Below are positions 7,055 through 16,695 of a stretch of 47,430 bases of DNA, piece by piece. The stretch comes from Methanobacteriota archaeon (GTDB lineage: Archaea > Thermoplasmatota > Thermoplasmata > Lutacidiplasmatales > UBA184), in NCBI GenBank assembly GCA_013290045.1, contig JABCYU010000002.1:1-47430 (forward strand). Direction: 5' to 3'. Positions within the stretch are counted from its first letter, which is position 1; each line of letters opens with the position of its first letter. The notes below the pieces were generated by a model. The model ran no database searches and was not told the DNA's origin. It saw only the letters and a list, made by a program, of their open reading frames with translations. The position numbers and the translations under genes are program-made.

Positions 7055-8424
7055 TCACGAAGCACGAGAAGCGTCGCCTGGTGCTCGACCTCCTCCTTCT
7101 CGGGGTTCTGGCCCTGCTCTTCGTCTCGTCCCTGGTATGGGCAGCGCAGCCGCACCCCCCATCCCTCACACCCTCGGCCATCGTTTCCCCCGCGGCCTTT
7201 GCCCAGCTCACTTCCACCGCGAACGAGAACCTGAAGCGGGTCACGGTATTCCACCAGAACAACTCGGGGGTCTTCGGCGGCAGCTCGACGATAGCGACCT
7301 TCCCGAACAACTTCACCTCGAACCTCTACAGCTCGATCGGGTCCTTCGTCGAGTCGTTCACGGTGACCACCTCCAACGGATACTTCCCGCAGGTCAACTT
7401 CACCCAGGGCAGTACGGTCGTGACCAACGCGACCGTGTCGCTCCCCTTTACGCTCCAGCCTCCAGCCTTCGCTCCCGCGCTCAAGATGCGCGTCGTGGAG
7501 ACGTACAGCTCGCAGGCCGCGCTCCCGGGCAACGGGGCGTACACGATCACGTCGCTCGCATCGCAGGCGATCATCTTCTCGCTCAACACCCAGTTCAACT
7601 GGACGCAGAGCGCGAGCGCGTTCGCAGGGACCTACACCCTGTCGGCCCCGACCGGGTATCAGCTGAACTCGTCGCAGGTCTTCCTCCCCTTCCCCGCCAC
7701 TGCGAACGTCAACTACAGCACCGTGAACGTCACGGTGAACGGCACCTCAATCCACACCTTCCAGGTCCAGACGGGAGGGGTCTACGTCAATTGGGCCGCG
7801 CTGGGAGCGGGCTACAACGCGACGATCCGTGTGGGCTTCCAGAGCCTGCCGACCATTACCGGCGTCGCGCCGGTCCTCACCGCGAGCGGGTACGCCCTCC
7901 TGAACCAGACCTACTTTCAACTCAACGTGAGCTGGTCGAACACTCTCGGCAACACCTACGCAGGGGTCTTCCTGATCGTCGCCAACTTCTCCGGCCAACT
8001 GAACCCGGCCACGATCACGGTCATCAACGGGAACAGGCTGCTCCCCTCGGGGGCGTCCTACCTCACGGGAAACACGCTCACCATCCTACCGCAGGTGGTC
8101 ACCGTCCCGGTCGCGGGAACCGTCTCGTTCTACGTGGACTTCCAGTTCTACGGGGCGCCCCCGAGGTACACGATCAACTCGGCCACTCCGTGCCTTACGC
8201 TCGGTGCCTCGGTCCTCACCTGCGGCGCCCTCACCGGTGCCGGCGCCCTGCTGATGCCGGTCGTCCTGCTCGTCGGCTGGCTATCCGACACGCGGCTCTC
8301 GAGGAACGCGGATGTCCGCATGTTCACCCGGGAGGCCTTCCGGAACAATCCCCGATTCACCTACTCCGTAGTCTTCCTGATGCTCGTCTTCGCCGCCGCG
8401 TATCTCCTGCTTCAGGTGATCTGA
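7051..8424 (+). CDS. membrane-anchored, sequon-rich surface protein (457 aa)
   Basis: GTGA overlap with the upstream gene. Signal/TM LVLDLLLLGVLALLFVSSLVWA, at least 12 sequons, and C-terminal TMs (GAGALLMPVVLLVGW, YSVVFLMLVFAAAYLLL). Confidence 0.85.
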   Translation: MITKHEKRRLVLDLLLLGVLALLFVSSLVWAAQPHPPSLTPSAIVSPAAFAQLTSTANENLKRVTVFHQNNSGVFGGSSTIATFPNNFTSNLYSSIGSFVESFTVTTSNGYFPQVNFTQGSTVVTNATVSLPFTLQPPAFAPALKMRVVETYSSQAALPGNGAYTITSLASQAIIFSLNTQFNWTQSASAFAGTYTLSAPTGYQLNSSQVFLPFPATANVNYSTVNVTVNGTSIHTFQVQTGGVYVNWAALGAGYNATIRVGFQSLPTITGVAPVLTASGYALLNQTYFQLNVSWSNTLGNTYAGVFLIVANFSGQLNPATITVINGNRLLPSGASYLTGNTLTILPQVVTVPVAGTVSFYVDFQFYGAPPRYTINSATPCLTLGASVLTCGALTGAGALLMPVVLLVGWLSDTRLSRNADVRMFTREAFRNNPRFTYSVVFLMLVFAAAYLLLQVI

Positions 8425-9186
8425 GTGGCGCGCTCGGTCACCGTCTCCGGTTACCTCCTCCGCCGGATTCCCCAGGTCGACGCCGGGCCTGCGAGGGGTC
8501 GGACCCTTGGAGTCGTGGGAGTCATCGTCCTCTTCCAGTTGGTCGTGCTGCTGCTCACCGTCAACCAGAGTCCGTTCCTCCCTGGCAATTGGGGGCCTCT
8601 CCTGCAGGCGGAGCAGGTCTACCTGACCATGGCCCTTTTCGCCGGGGCTGTCTTCTACTTCAACCCCAAGGTCCCGCTGATCAGCGAAGGGAGCATCGGC
8701 TGGTTCCTGACCCTCTACGTCGGCTTCGCGATGACCACCACGCTGGTCCTCTCCCTGATCTTCGTGCACAGCGGGGCCACCGTGCCCATCCCGGTCTCGG
8801 GAACGCAGAAGATCCAGACAGCGCTGTTCATCGGACTGTTCGTCGGCCCGGTCGAGGAACTGTTGTTCCGGGTGGTCCTCCCGCCCCTGTTCGTCGGAAA
8901 GCTGAAGGGGCAGGCCGCGGACGTCGCGGCGGCCGCCGGCTCCAGCATACTGTTCGGTCTCTTCCATCTGCCGGCCTACTCGGTGGCCACGGCCACAGTC
9001 TCCCCCCTCCAGCTGGGGTCGAACGTAGTCCTCGCCGTGCTGCTCGGGTTGCTGCTCTACATCATCTACCGGTCGGTCGGGTTCGGAGCGAACGTCGGAG
9101 TCCACGTCGCGTACGACCTGACCGTTCTCGGGGTCATCGGCGGACTGTCGGTCGCCGCGGCCCACCTGGGCTTGGTGCCGTTATGA
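8425..9186 (+). CDS. CPBP-family intramembrane glutamic protease (CAAX protease/Abi-like)
   Basis: Polytopic, with motifs GPVEELLFRVVL (EExxxR), SSILFGLFHL (FxxxH) and GVHVAYDL (HxxxD/N). Confidence 0.85.
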   Translation: MARSVTVSGYLLRRIPQVDAGPARGRTLGVVGVIVLFQLVVLLLTVNQSPFLPGNWGPLLQAEQVYLTMALFAGAVFYFNPKVPLISEGSIGWFLTLYVGFAMTTTLVLSLIFVHSGATVPIPVSGTQKIQTALFIGLFVGPVEELLFRVVLPPLFVGKLKGQAADVAAAAGSSILFGLFHLPAYSVATATVSPLQLGSNVVLAVLLGLLLYIIYRSVGFGANVGVHVAYDLTVLGVIGGLSVAAAHLGLVPL

Positions 9187-9809
9187 CCCGGTCGGTGCGC
9201 ATCCGCCTTCCCGTCAGCGAGCGCGTTGACGAGCTCCTCGAAAAGTACCGGCACGTGTCGCAGCAGGACCCGCGGGCGTACCTACCCACCGGGAGGAATC
9301 GGGTCAAGCTGATCGAGACCGCCCTCAGGTACAGCGCCCGGTATCACCGTGAGGAGGATCCGACGTTCGCCCCCAACGGCAGATATCTCGACATCCATCT
9401 GAAGTCCCCCGAGCTCCTCGGAATGACCCCGAGGGCCCTCGGCGCCCACCTACAACGGGAGATCCTCGAGTTCGACGGCAGGTTTCGCCCGCCGTCGCCC
9501 TCCACCGACCTCGACACGCTGGAGCTGCTCCTGGCCGATGAGACGCTCTGGGCGATCCGGGTTCGGGCCTTCCATGAAGGGCGCTCCGTCCAGGACCTGC
9601 TCACCGATGTCGCCCACCGGAGCCTGCTCGAGATGCGGCTGATGTATGAACGCGCCGGAGCTCGTCGCGAGCTGGTCCCGGTCAAGATCTCCTCCTCTAC
9701 GTTCCGCGAGGTGAACCGCATGGTTCACGCCGTCGGCGGTCACCCATACTTCGCTCTCCAACACCACATGACGTTGAAGGTCGGGGCGACCCAGGCGGTG
9801 CCGGCGTGA
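9183..9809 (+). CDS. hypothetical cytoplasmic protein, possibly two RHH-like repeats
   Basis: MTRSVRIRLPVSERVDELLEKY... and later LELLLADETLWAIRVRAFHEGRSVQDLLTDVAHRSLLEM. ATGA overlap. This is the real 3' part of spurious track ORF 7137..9809. Confidence 0.7.
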   Translation: MTRSVRIRLPVSERVDELLEKYRHVSQQDPRAYLPTGRNRVKLIETALRYSARYHREEDPTFAPNGRYLDIHLKSPELLGMTPRALGAHLQREILEFDGRFRPPSPSTDLDTLELLLADETLWAIRVRAFHEGRSVQDLLTDVAHRSLLEMRLMYERAGARRELVPVKISSSTFREVNRMVHAVGGHPYFALQHHMTLKVGATQAVPA

Positions 9810-10768
9810 GGCCGGCCCTTCTCTCCCTCATCGCGGTCGTCGGGCTCCTAGTCTACCCCGTGTCGATGGCCGCACTCACTGCGGCCACTCCGCCCGCGAC
9901 CACCTGGGAGGTGGACTTCCCGGCGACCAAGATACCGTCGGGTGCGCCGGCCGAGATCACCGTCCTGGGGCCGGCGCATGCCCGAATTCTGGTGACCGTC
10001 ACCGCACCGCCGTGGAACGGGACGTCCCCAGTGTTCACCGGAGACTTCACCCTACCTAACGCGACGCCGGGGAGGCAGGCGTCCATCAACGTGACCATCG
10101 CCACCGGGCCCCTCCCGACCGCCGAATACCAGGTGCAGGTCCAGTATCAGGGGCTCTTGGCTGCGAGCGGTTGGTTCTGGATAGTCCCGCCGGTCAACGA
10201 AACGGTCCTCAACGCCACTGTCTCCCAGGTCTACGCCCAACTCATCGTCGACCAGCAGATCCTTTTGAACGACCGCCAACAGATCGTTCAGGCGCAGCTG
10301 GTCCAACAGATGCAGTGGTGGGCCTGCATCCTCTCGAGCGCCGTTTCGCTCGTTGGGATGTCCATCGCCGTGACCTTGACCCGCCAACCGAAGGGGGAGG
10401 CTGCACGCTCGTTCGAAGGCGCCTGGCACTCGGCATGGTGGCGGCACCCCGGGACCATCCAGGGGTCGATACGTGGGAACCAACCCATTCCCGAGATGGC
10501 CGTTCCCGCGGAGGAGATCTGGTACTCGACCATGTGCTGGACATGTCGAAACCTTCGGTACACGGAGCCCCAGATCATCGTCCACATCAATGCGAACCAC
10601 TTCGACGTCGTTGGCGACGCCGGGCCGAAGGCGGGCAAGCACTACTGGAAGGACCCCGTCGCGGTGAGGGCGGCCCAGCTGGCGCCCACGACAGACGAGC
10701 ATGGCCGAGCCTTGGGCCGGAAGGTGCGCAAGGGTCTCGTGATTCCCTTCCGGCAGGGGGAGAACTGA
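9806..10768 (+). CDS. type-I membrane protein: signal peptide, sequon-rich ectodomain, TM, cytoplasmic C2H2-like zinc-finger tail
   Basis: Signal LLSLIAVVGLLVYPVSMA, TM WWACILSSAVSLVGMSIAVTL, and tail CWTCRNLRYTEPQIIVHINANH. Confidence 0.8.
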   Translation: MRPALLSLIAVVGLLVYPVSMAALTAATPPATTWEVDFPATKIPSGAPAEITVLGPAHARILVTVTAPPWNGTSPVFTGDFTLPNATPGRQASINVTIATGPLPTAEYQVQVQYQGLLAASGWFWIVPPVNETVLNATVSQVYAQLIVDQQILLNDRQQIVQAQLVQQMQWWACILSSAVSLVGMSIAVTLTRQPKGEAARSFEGAWHSAWWRHPGTIQGSIRGNQPIPEMAVPAEEIWYSTMCWTCRNLRYTEPQIIVHINANHFDVVGDAGPKAGKHYWKDPVAVRAAQLAPTTDEHGRALGRKVRKGLVIPFRQGEN

Positions 10769-11722
10769 ATGAACGCAGTAGGGACGCCCTTCCGCCCCAC
10801 TTACGAGCACTTCAACTGGCCGTTGCTCTACATTCTCGTCGTCGTCGCGACCGGGGTCATCGCGGGAGTCTACACCGCCTACGACTACCCGAACTGGTCG
10901 ACCGCGATCAATGCGACCACGGTGATTGTCCTATCGGCGCTGGTCGTCCTGTGCTTCCTGCCCGCCATCCTGGGTCTCACGGCGTACATCCGCATCCACA
11001 CCCCGATGCTGCAGACGGCGACCAAGGTCTACCGGCTCTCCAGGTTTGCCCCGTTCGACCTCCCGGTCATCAGTTACCAGGTGACGCCGGAGGCCGTTGC
11101 TGCGGTCGCCGGACGACTTCCTCCGGCGGCGGCCGAAAGCGCGCTCAAGTCCGGGCACCGAGACTTCTCGGCCAAATGCCTGAAGCTAGGCGGTCTGATC
11201 ATCCCCGGATTCTTTCTTCCGCCCGAAGACTACTTCCTGATCTACTTCCCCGGCGACCTTTGGCAGACCGGGGACAACATCACCGGAGACGGATACTTCA
11301 CCCCCAAATCGACCCGGACGATCAACCACCACCACATACCGGAACTGTGGCTCGAGGAGCTCCGGAAGCAAGGGTTCAAGCCCGGCAAATCCACATTGCT
11401 CGTCACCACCGAGCCGCCCTCGTCATGGAGTGATTACCTCCGATACAACGTGGAGAAGGTGCGCCGGTACATCGGGGACACTTCCCATGACCCCGTCACC
11501 GGAGGTGCGACGGCCGATGCGTTCATGATGGCTTGGCTCGGCTCCGAGGGGGAGAAGCACCGGATCCAAGCCGAGCTGCAGGAGGCCCATAACGAGGTCC
11601 TGGACCTCCGGCGAGCGGGGGCGGCTACGGCGCGGCGCAAGGCCGAGCTCGCGGGGGGGAGGGCCGACATGCCACCTAACCTCGGGGCCATGTCCGAGCG
11701 GCCCGGGAGCTTCGACACGTGA
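10769..11722 (+). CDS. membrane protein (2 N-terminal TM) with a large cytoplasmic domain
   Basis: WPLLYILVVVATGVIAGVY and VIVLSALVVLCFLPAILGLTAYI. The ATG directly follows the upstream TGA. Confidence 0.8.
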   Translation: MNAVGTPFRPTYEHFNWPLLYILVVVATGVIAGVYTAYDYPNWSTAINATTVIVLSALVVLCFLPAILGLTAYIRIHTPMLQTATKVYRLSRFAPFDLPVISYQVTPEAVAAVAGRLPPAAAESALKSGHRDFSAKCLKLGGLIIPGFFLPPEDYFLIYFPGDLWQTGDNITGDGYFTPKSTRTINHHHIPELWLEELRKQGFKPGKSTLLVTTEPPSSWSDYLRYNVEKVRRYIGDTSHDPVTGGATADAFMMAWLGSEGEKHRIQAELQEAHNEVLDLRRAGAATARRKAELAGGRADMPPNLGAMSERPGSFDT

Positions 11723-12405
11723 GTGCGGGGACGGTCCCGCGTCAGACCGGGCCCGTGAAGGACCTGGGGCCGATCTCCGATGCCTACCACCCAGCGGCGC
11801 CTTCCCAACAGGAGACGACCGAGAGCCTCATTCGAGAGATCCTTTCGATCCAGCGCGCCCGTAGAATGGCCGCGCCGGACCAACGGTTCCATCTGCTGCG
11901 CGACGAGATGGTGGAGTGGCTGGCCGGGTTGGAGGGTCTGGACCCGGGCAAGCAACTCCTGAGCGGATACGCCGACATCGACGCCCAGGTGGACGAATTC
12001 CTGAACGATCTGAGGCTGGCTCGCGGGTTGGTGGCTGCTGCGCTGCTCGCCGACGACCCGGCGGCCGACTATCCGCTGGTGAAGCTGATGAAAGGCGATG
12101 CATCAGCCCAGGTCTACCAGGTGAAGAAAAGCCCGGGGGTCACGGCCGTCATCGAGGTCGCCGAGAGAGACTACGACTCGACGATGAACCGCTGGGTGAC
12201 CCTCGACGAGCGGAAGAAGTACCTTGAGGCCGTGAAGCGGATGCTCGGCCCGTACGCCGATATTCGAGGCATCGCGGCCAAGTGGGGTCTCTGGAACATG
12301 GACTCCGAGGTCCATGCCACGACGGCGGCCTACAGCATGAAGTCGATCGAGGCTGCGATCGACTCGGAGATGCGATCGCAGGCACGGGACTCGGCTTCGA
12401 GGTAA
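11719..12405 (+). CDS. hypothetical soluble protein (228 aa)
   Basis: GTGA overlap with the upstream gene. Helical, acidic composition with no recognisable motif. Confidence 0.75.
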   Translation: MSAGTVPRQTGPVKDLGPISDAYHPAAPSQQETTESLIREILSIQRARRMAAPDQRFHLLRDEMVEWLAGLEGLDPGKQLLSGYADIDAQVDEFLNDLRLARGLVAAALLADDPAADYPLVKLMKGDASAQVYQVKKSPGVTAVIEVAERDYDSTMNRWVTLDERKKYLEAVKRMLGPYADIRGIAAKWGLWNMDSEVHATTAAYSMKSIEAAIDSEMRSQARDSASR

Positions 12406-12410
12406 CGAAC

Positions 12411-13721
12411 GTGGCCGCCTCTCCCTCCGCCCTCACCGGGACCAGCTACCTCGATATGGAGGAGGATATCGTGCGGATCGCACGGGAGATCCTCCAAATC
12501 CGGGACCTGCCCCCGATCACCTGTCTAAATTTCGTCCAGTCCGCGTCCCTCGACTGGGAGTTCATCAAGAACTGGAGCGTGGTGCTCTACCCCTACGTCG
12601 TCGATGGGATCCCGGGCGATTCCCCTGGCCAGCGGAAGTGGCGGGCCGTGCGCGAGGTCTGGAGGAGGTTCCAGATGCTCGAGTTCACCGCGTTCTGCCA
12701 GAAACACCACACGAACCCGGGGATGTTCCTGAATCTGCGGGCGGTACTCGTCGATCGGAAGACGCAGGCGTGGTGGATGGTCGAGGAGTCGACTCACGTC
12801 GCCCAGCTGCTCGAGTCGGGGAAGTTCTGCTTCATCAACGGTCCGCCCGGCAGCGGAAAATCGGACACGTACTTCACCCTGGTCCGTATTGCCTGCAGCT
12901 TGTTCGATGAGCACCAGCGGTTCGGCGCGGGTTCCCGTCTGACGACCGTGTGCCGCGAGATCAAGGTCGAGACCGACCGCGAGACCCGCGTGAACCGTGA
13001 CTTCGATGAGGAGGAGGGCGACGGTGCCTCCGATGCCGAGGGCGACGGGGACGAAACGGTCTCTCCGCTCAGCATGCTGGGCGCCAAGGAATTCCTTGCC
13101 GTATCGAACATCCCCACCGGCCCCGGACCCTTCGAGAGCCACATCGCCTACGAGCCCAGTCTGTCCGGGACGCTGACCGCTATCGCGAAGTGTCGACTTC
13201 GGGGAGGCTTCGCTTGGTGGGGGTTGGACGAGGTCGCGGCGAACGTCGACAAGCTCACCCGCGCCAAGAAGGAGGTGAAGTGGATCGAGGGGTCGTGGCG
13301 AACGGTCCGAAAGTCTGGTGCAGCGATGCTCTTCCTGAGCCAGGGGGAAACCGACCTTGCCGAGGTCTTCAAGCGGTGGTGCCAGACCCAAATTCACAAG
13401 CGGGGTAAGCGACGGGGTCTCTTCCACGTCGACGGGGTCCACAACGTGATCCTGCGGAAGGTCCCGAGCTGCCGCAAGTCCATTCCGTTCAACACCGAGA
13501 GCCGTGGAGGGTTCGACATCGACGTCAACACGGTCGAGCTCAATCGGGTCCTGGGTGAGGTAGAGAAGAAGCTGGGGTACGACGACCCGGCCGCCACGAA
13601 CCGTGCCATCAACGAAACGATCGTCACCTTCTGCGCCTCGGAAAGGAAGCGATTCGAGCGGCAACGAGCCTTCGAAGCGAAGCGAGGTCCGGGCGCCCGG
13701 GGCGTCGACCCCGACGACTGA
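12411..13721 (+). CDS. P-loop NTPase (AAA-like/packaging- or secretion-type ATPase candidate)
   Basis: Walker A FINGPPGSGKSDTY, Walker B-like GGFAWWGLDEV, and an acidic insert DFDEEEGDGASDAEGDGDE. Start is GTG 12411 or ATG 12456. The upstream part of track ORF 12282.. overlaps the previous gene. Confidence 0.85.
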   Translation: MAASPSALTGTSYLDMEEDIVRIAREILQIRDLPPITCLNFVQSASLDWEFIKNWSVVLYPYVVDGIPGDSPGQRKWRAVREVWRRFQMLEFTAFCQKHHTNPGMFLNLRAVLVDRKTQAWWMVEESTHVAQLLESGKFCFINGPPGSGKSDTYFTLVRIACSLFDEHQRFGAGSRLTTVCREIKVETDRETRVNRDFDEEEGDGASDAEGDGDETVSPLSMLGAKEFLAVSNIPTGPGPFESHIAYEPSLSGTLTAIAKCRLRGGFAWWGLDEVAANVDKLTRAKKEVKWIEGSWRTVRKSGAAMLFLSQGETDLAEVFKRWCQTQIHKRGKRRGLFHVDGVHNVILRKVPSCRKSIPFNTESRGGFDIDVNTVELNRVLGEVEKKLGYDDPAATNRAINETIVTFCASERKRFERQRAFEAKRGPGARGVDPDD

Positions 13722-13769
13722 GTTATGGTGTGAGTTTGCCGAAAATCGGCATTTTGACCCATAAAACCA

Positions 13770-13785
13770 CGCGTATATTCACATA
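13770..13785 (+). promoter_or_regulatory. TATA-box-containing promoter motif CGCGTATATTCACATA (copy 2)
   Basis: Identical to 4493..4508. It lies in the 102-nt gap before 13824..14852. The TATATT box ends 44 nt before the ATG. Confidence 0.6.
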
Positions 13786-13823
13786 CCAAAACCTGCGGTC
13801 TTCACCTGAGGGCGACCTCAGCG

Positions 13824-14852
13824 ATGAAGCACACGGTGGAGTACCCAAGGGAGAAGAGACTGAAGGGCCCCGTCCGGAGCCCGGCCGAAAGGTCGGCGAT
13901 CCTCGGGGCGTGGATCGGACTGGTCGTTCTGGCGTTCAGCTTCCTGTCCATGATGTTCGTCGCGGCCACGGCGGCGGCCGCCCCGACGGCGCTCGGAGGG
14001 CAGGTCATGGCGACGGCTGCGCTGAATGATTTCACGCAGATCTACGCATGGCTGTTCTTCGTCGGGATCCTGTTCGTAGTGGGTGGCGTACTCGCTTACG
14101 GGCTGGTCCACGGGGTCAAACCGACTCACGCGCTCATGGTCGGCGTCGTCGGTGGTCTCCTAGTCTTCGGCGCCTACCTGGGCGCCCAGGCCGCTCCGAC
14201 CGTCTGCACGGTCGGCTGCGCCGTGACGCCGGCTCCAACCTCCGCTTCGATCGCGGTGACGGTGACATCGGCGAACTTCGTCACGGGCCAGACCCTGACC
14301 CTCTCCCCGCTCTCGGTCAGCATCGACCTGGTCTACAACACCACATCCAGTGCATTCTGCGTGACCAACGTCCTGCAGAAGTGCCCCGCGGCTGCCCACA
14401 ACTACGCGGTCCTGCCGCTCGTGCTCTCGCGGACGGACAACATCAACGCCACCTACGGGTTCACCACCACGATCAACGGGATCCCGACCCTGACGAACTC
14501 CTCGACGGGGCTCGTCTTCAGCCCGGTCGGCTACACCTCCGCGACCTCGACCTCCCCGGGTATCTGGAAGCTCCAATGGAGCGCGGGTTCGATCGCCAAC
14601 ACGAACCCCACCCAGAACGCGCCCTCGGTCACGTCGGGAGTCGGCGGGAACCTGGTGGGCGTCCCGGCCTTCGGTAGCAAGGCGGTCGCGCTGTCGGTCG
14701 CCTTCGCAGGCGGGAACTCGACCACGGGAACGTTCGGCTGGATGGCCACGGGTTACGCGACCTACCCGATGCAGATCGCGTTCGGTGGCGGCGGCGGCGC
14801 CACACCGGCCATCGTGACGGTGAATTTCGTCTTCCTCGGGACGCACTCGTAG
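13824..14852 (+). CDS. membrane protein (3 TM) with a sequon-rich Thr/Ser/Gly extracellular domain
   Basis: TMs AILGAWIGLVVLAFSFLSMMFVAA, IYAWLFFVGILFVVGGVLAYGLV and LMVGVVGGLLVFGAYLG. Sequons NTT, NAT, NSS, NST. Confidence 0.85.
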   Translation: MKHTVEYPREKRLKGPVRSPAERSAILGAWIGLVVLAFSFLSMMFVAATAAAAPTALGGQVMATAALNDFTQIYAWLFFVGILFVVGGVLAYGLVHGVKPTHALMVGVVGGLLVFGAYLGAQAAPTVCTVGCAVTPAPTSASIAVTVTSANFVTGQTLTLSPLSVSIDLVYNTTSSAFCVTNVLQKCPAAAHNYAVLPLVLSRTDNINATYGFTTTINGIPTLTNSSTGLVFSPVGYTSATSTSPGIWKLQWSAGSIANTNPTQNAPSVTSGVGGNLVGVPAFGSKAVALSVAFAGGNSTTGTFGWMATGYATYPMQIAFGGGGGATPAIVTVNFVFLGTHS

Positions 14853-14960
14853 GGAGGGAACCGTCGAACGAACCGCAGCAACGGAGGGGGATGAGGACCG
14901 AGCCCCCGGCTCGGCTCGGTCCGACCCGTCCAGCGCTGCAGGGCCGAACCAGGGGGGAGG

Positions 14961-15215
14961 ATGAGTAGCGCGGAAGAATCGATCAACCTCGCAACATCAC
15001 GCCGGATCGGCACAGCCCGACGGGCGGCCGAAGCTGCGCGGAAGAAGGTCGAGACGGCCCTTGCGGATGTTCGACACCTCGCGACTCAGCTGAGAGACCC
15101 CCATTGGAAGCAGGCGATGCCGGGTGGCGCTCACTTCGTGGGCCCCAGATTGGACACGATTGCGGGCGAGCTGGTGCGGGCGCTCCAGGAGATCCACGAG
15201 GTCCAGGAGCTGTAG
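14961..15215 (+). CDS. small helical hypothetical protein (84 aa)
   Basis: The ATG is preceded by GGGGGGAGG. Content is coiled-coil-like (RRAAEAARKKVETALADVRHLATQL). Confidence 0.6.
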   Translation: MSSAEESINLATSRRIGTARRAAEAARKKVETALADVRHLATQLRDPHWKQAMPGGAHFVGPRLDTIAGELVRALQEIHEVQEL

Positions 15216-15223
15216 GAGGGAAG

Positions 15224-15652
15224 GTGAGCACGGTAGCGAGCATCGATCACATGGAGGAGAGCCCGTCGGGGGTCATCCACCTGCGCGGGACCCTGTCCAA
15301 CGGCAAGCCGTGGCTCTTCTATGGGAACGCGGACAACGCGCACACCCAGGCGCTCGTTCAGCGCTATCACCGCGAGCACGCTCGCCCCAACCTCGAGAAG
15401 TTCAGCCAGCACATCCACATCCACCACGGAGGCCTCGGAAAGTGGTGCATGGCCTGTCCCACGGAGGCCCGACACGAAGCGCTTGAGTGGGAGGTTGGCG
15501 AGAAGGGCTACCGGCACGTCATCGACCAGCTCGAGCTCATCGCGAACCTGAACCACCGGAAGAACCCGCACCTGACACGGGTCGCCCGCGAGGACGTCCG
15601 ATTCCTACAGGGGCGCATGCGCCTCGAGCGGAACCACAGGGAGGTCCCATAA
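15224..15652 (+). CDS. hypothetical His/Cys-containing protein (142 aa)
   Basis: GTG after GGAGGGAA. Contains HIHIHHGGLGKWCMACPTEARH. This is an internal start of track ORF 15104..15652. Confidence 0.7.
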   Translation: MSTVASIDHMEESPSGVIHLRGTLSNGKPWLFYGNADNAHTQALVQRYHREHARPNLEKFSQHIHIHHGGLGKWCMACPTEARHEALEWEVGEKGYRHVIDQLELIANLNHRKNPHLTRVAREDVRFLQGRMRLERNHREVP

Positions 15653-15939
15653 TGCGGAGCCTTCGGGAGAGCACACGAGGGGTGGGACTGGCCTGGGGGA
15701 TCATCGGACTGATCGCCCTGATCACGCTCGCGGTTTCGTTCATCTTCTACCCGGCGTTCTTCCTCGCAGTAATCATCGCGATGGCGGGGTTCCTCGTCCT
15801 CGTCCTCTACAAGGCTCACCCCTACGGTCTCGCCGTCGGCGTTGTCCTGATCATCATGGCCGTCGTCCTGGGGCTCGCGGGAACGGCCGCGCAGCTCTCG
15901 CTGTCGGTGGTTCACAACACGCCGCTGGTGGGGCACTGA
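15652..15939 (+). CDS. small polytopic membrane protein (95 aa)
   Basis: TAATG overlap. LAWGIIGLIALITLAVSFIFYPAFFLAVIIAMAGFLVLVLY... Confidence 0.75.
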   Translation: MRSLRESTRGVGLAWGIIGLIALITLAVSFIFYPAFFLAVIIAMAGFLVLVLYKAHPYGLAVGVVLIIMAVVLGLAGTAAQLSLSVVHNTPLVGH

Positions 15940-15954
15940 GGTCCGAGACGGACC

Positions 15955-16416
15955 ATGCGGACGGTGCTCATCGTGGTCGTCCTCCTGGTTCTGGGCTCGG
16001 TCGGGGTCCTGTCGGTCGCGCCTTTCCCCGGGCGGTGCGACATCCGGGTCAGCGTCGGGGCCGTCGACATCGGAGTGATCGTCGGGACCATCTTCTCAAT
16101 ATCCTCGGTGAACCCGAGCGTCGTCGGGAAGAGCACCATCATCGACTGGCAGGCCGTGGGCCTCGGGTTCGCTCCCCCCGCGCTGGCGGCCCAGTTCACG
16201 ATGACCGTCTCGCTCTCCGACGGCCAGAGCGTGTCCAAGACCGAGAACCAATTCTTCCCCTCGGTCCCGCTCCTCAACGGTCAGCAGTTCACCGCCTCCG
16301 ACACGTTCTACCTCGGCTACGTCCCGGTCGGGAACTACGCGATCAGCGTTGTCCTCACCCAATCGGGGGTCGGCAGCGTGGCGACCGGCTCCGGCTCCAT
16401 CTCCGTGGGGTGCTGA
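15955..16416 (+). CDS. secreted/anchored beta-rich protein (153 aa)
   Basis: N-terminal signal/anchor MRTVLIVVVLLVLGSVGVLSVA. Confidence 0.75.
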   Translation: MRTVLIVVVLLVLGSVGVLSVAPFPGRCDIRVSVGAVDIGVIVGTIFSISSVNPSVVGKSTIIDWQAVGLGFAPPALAAQFTMTVSLSDGQSVSKTENQFFPSVPLLNGQQFTASDTFYLGYVPVGNYAISVVLTQSGVGSVATGSGSISVGC

Positions 16417-16440
16417 TGTGCCCGCTGGAGGAGGTTCGAG

Positions 16441-16695
16441 GTGAACCCCTACCTATGGGTGGCCGGGTCGATCCTGTTCGGCATCGGGATCCTCGGGCTG
16501 CTCCTGACCCACTTCGGGATCATCTACGGGTTCATGGTGGTCTCGCCGTTGTTCTTCGCCGCGGCGGCCACGATGTACGTCGTGGCTATCGGGCTTCGAC
16601 ATCCGATCGGGATCGTGGCCACGTTCCTGACGACCGGGGTGCTGTTCGAGCTGATCGTGTACTTCAATTGGCTGGGGCTGGGTAGCGTTCTTTGA
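16441..16695 (+). CDS. small polytopic membrane protein (84 aa)
   Basis: GTG after GGAGGAGG. Hydrophobic throughout. Confidence 0.75.
   Translation: MNPYLWVAGSILFGIGILGLLLTHFGIIYGFMVVSPLFFAAAATMYVVAIGLRHPIGIVATFLTTGVLFELIVYFNWLGLGSVL

Noticed and set aside
7137-9809. 890-aa plus-strand ORF, the longest-looking in this part of the track
   Set aside because: Except for its last 208 codons (annotated as 9183..9809) it is Arg/Pro/Gly/His-rich junk. It lies out of frame over the well-formed genes 7051..8424 and 8425..9186 and is a GC-rich shadow ORF.
12525-13664. 379-aa minus-strand ORF antisense to the P-loop NTPase gene. The same applies to 5830..6957(+), 8281..9165(-), 10052..10810(-), 10171..11433(+), 14160..14846(-), 37480..38310(+), 43515..44564(+) and 45859..46530(-).
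   Set aside because: All overlap better-supported genes carrying recognisable motifs and have low-complexity Arg/Gly/Pro-rich translations.
14895-14922. GC-rich hairpin GGACCGAGC-n10-GCTCGGTCC after 13824..14852 as a transcription terminator
   Set aside because: No oligo-T tract follows it, and archaeal termination typically needs one. The downstream genes continue on the same strand, so it may be an RNA processing or stability element or simply chance in GC-rich DNA.
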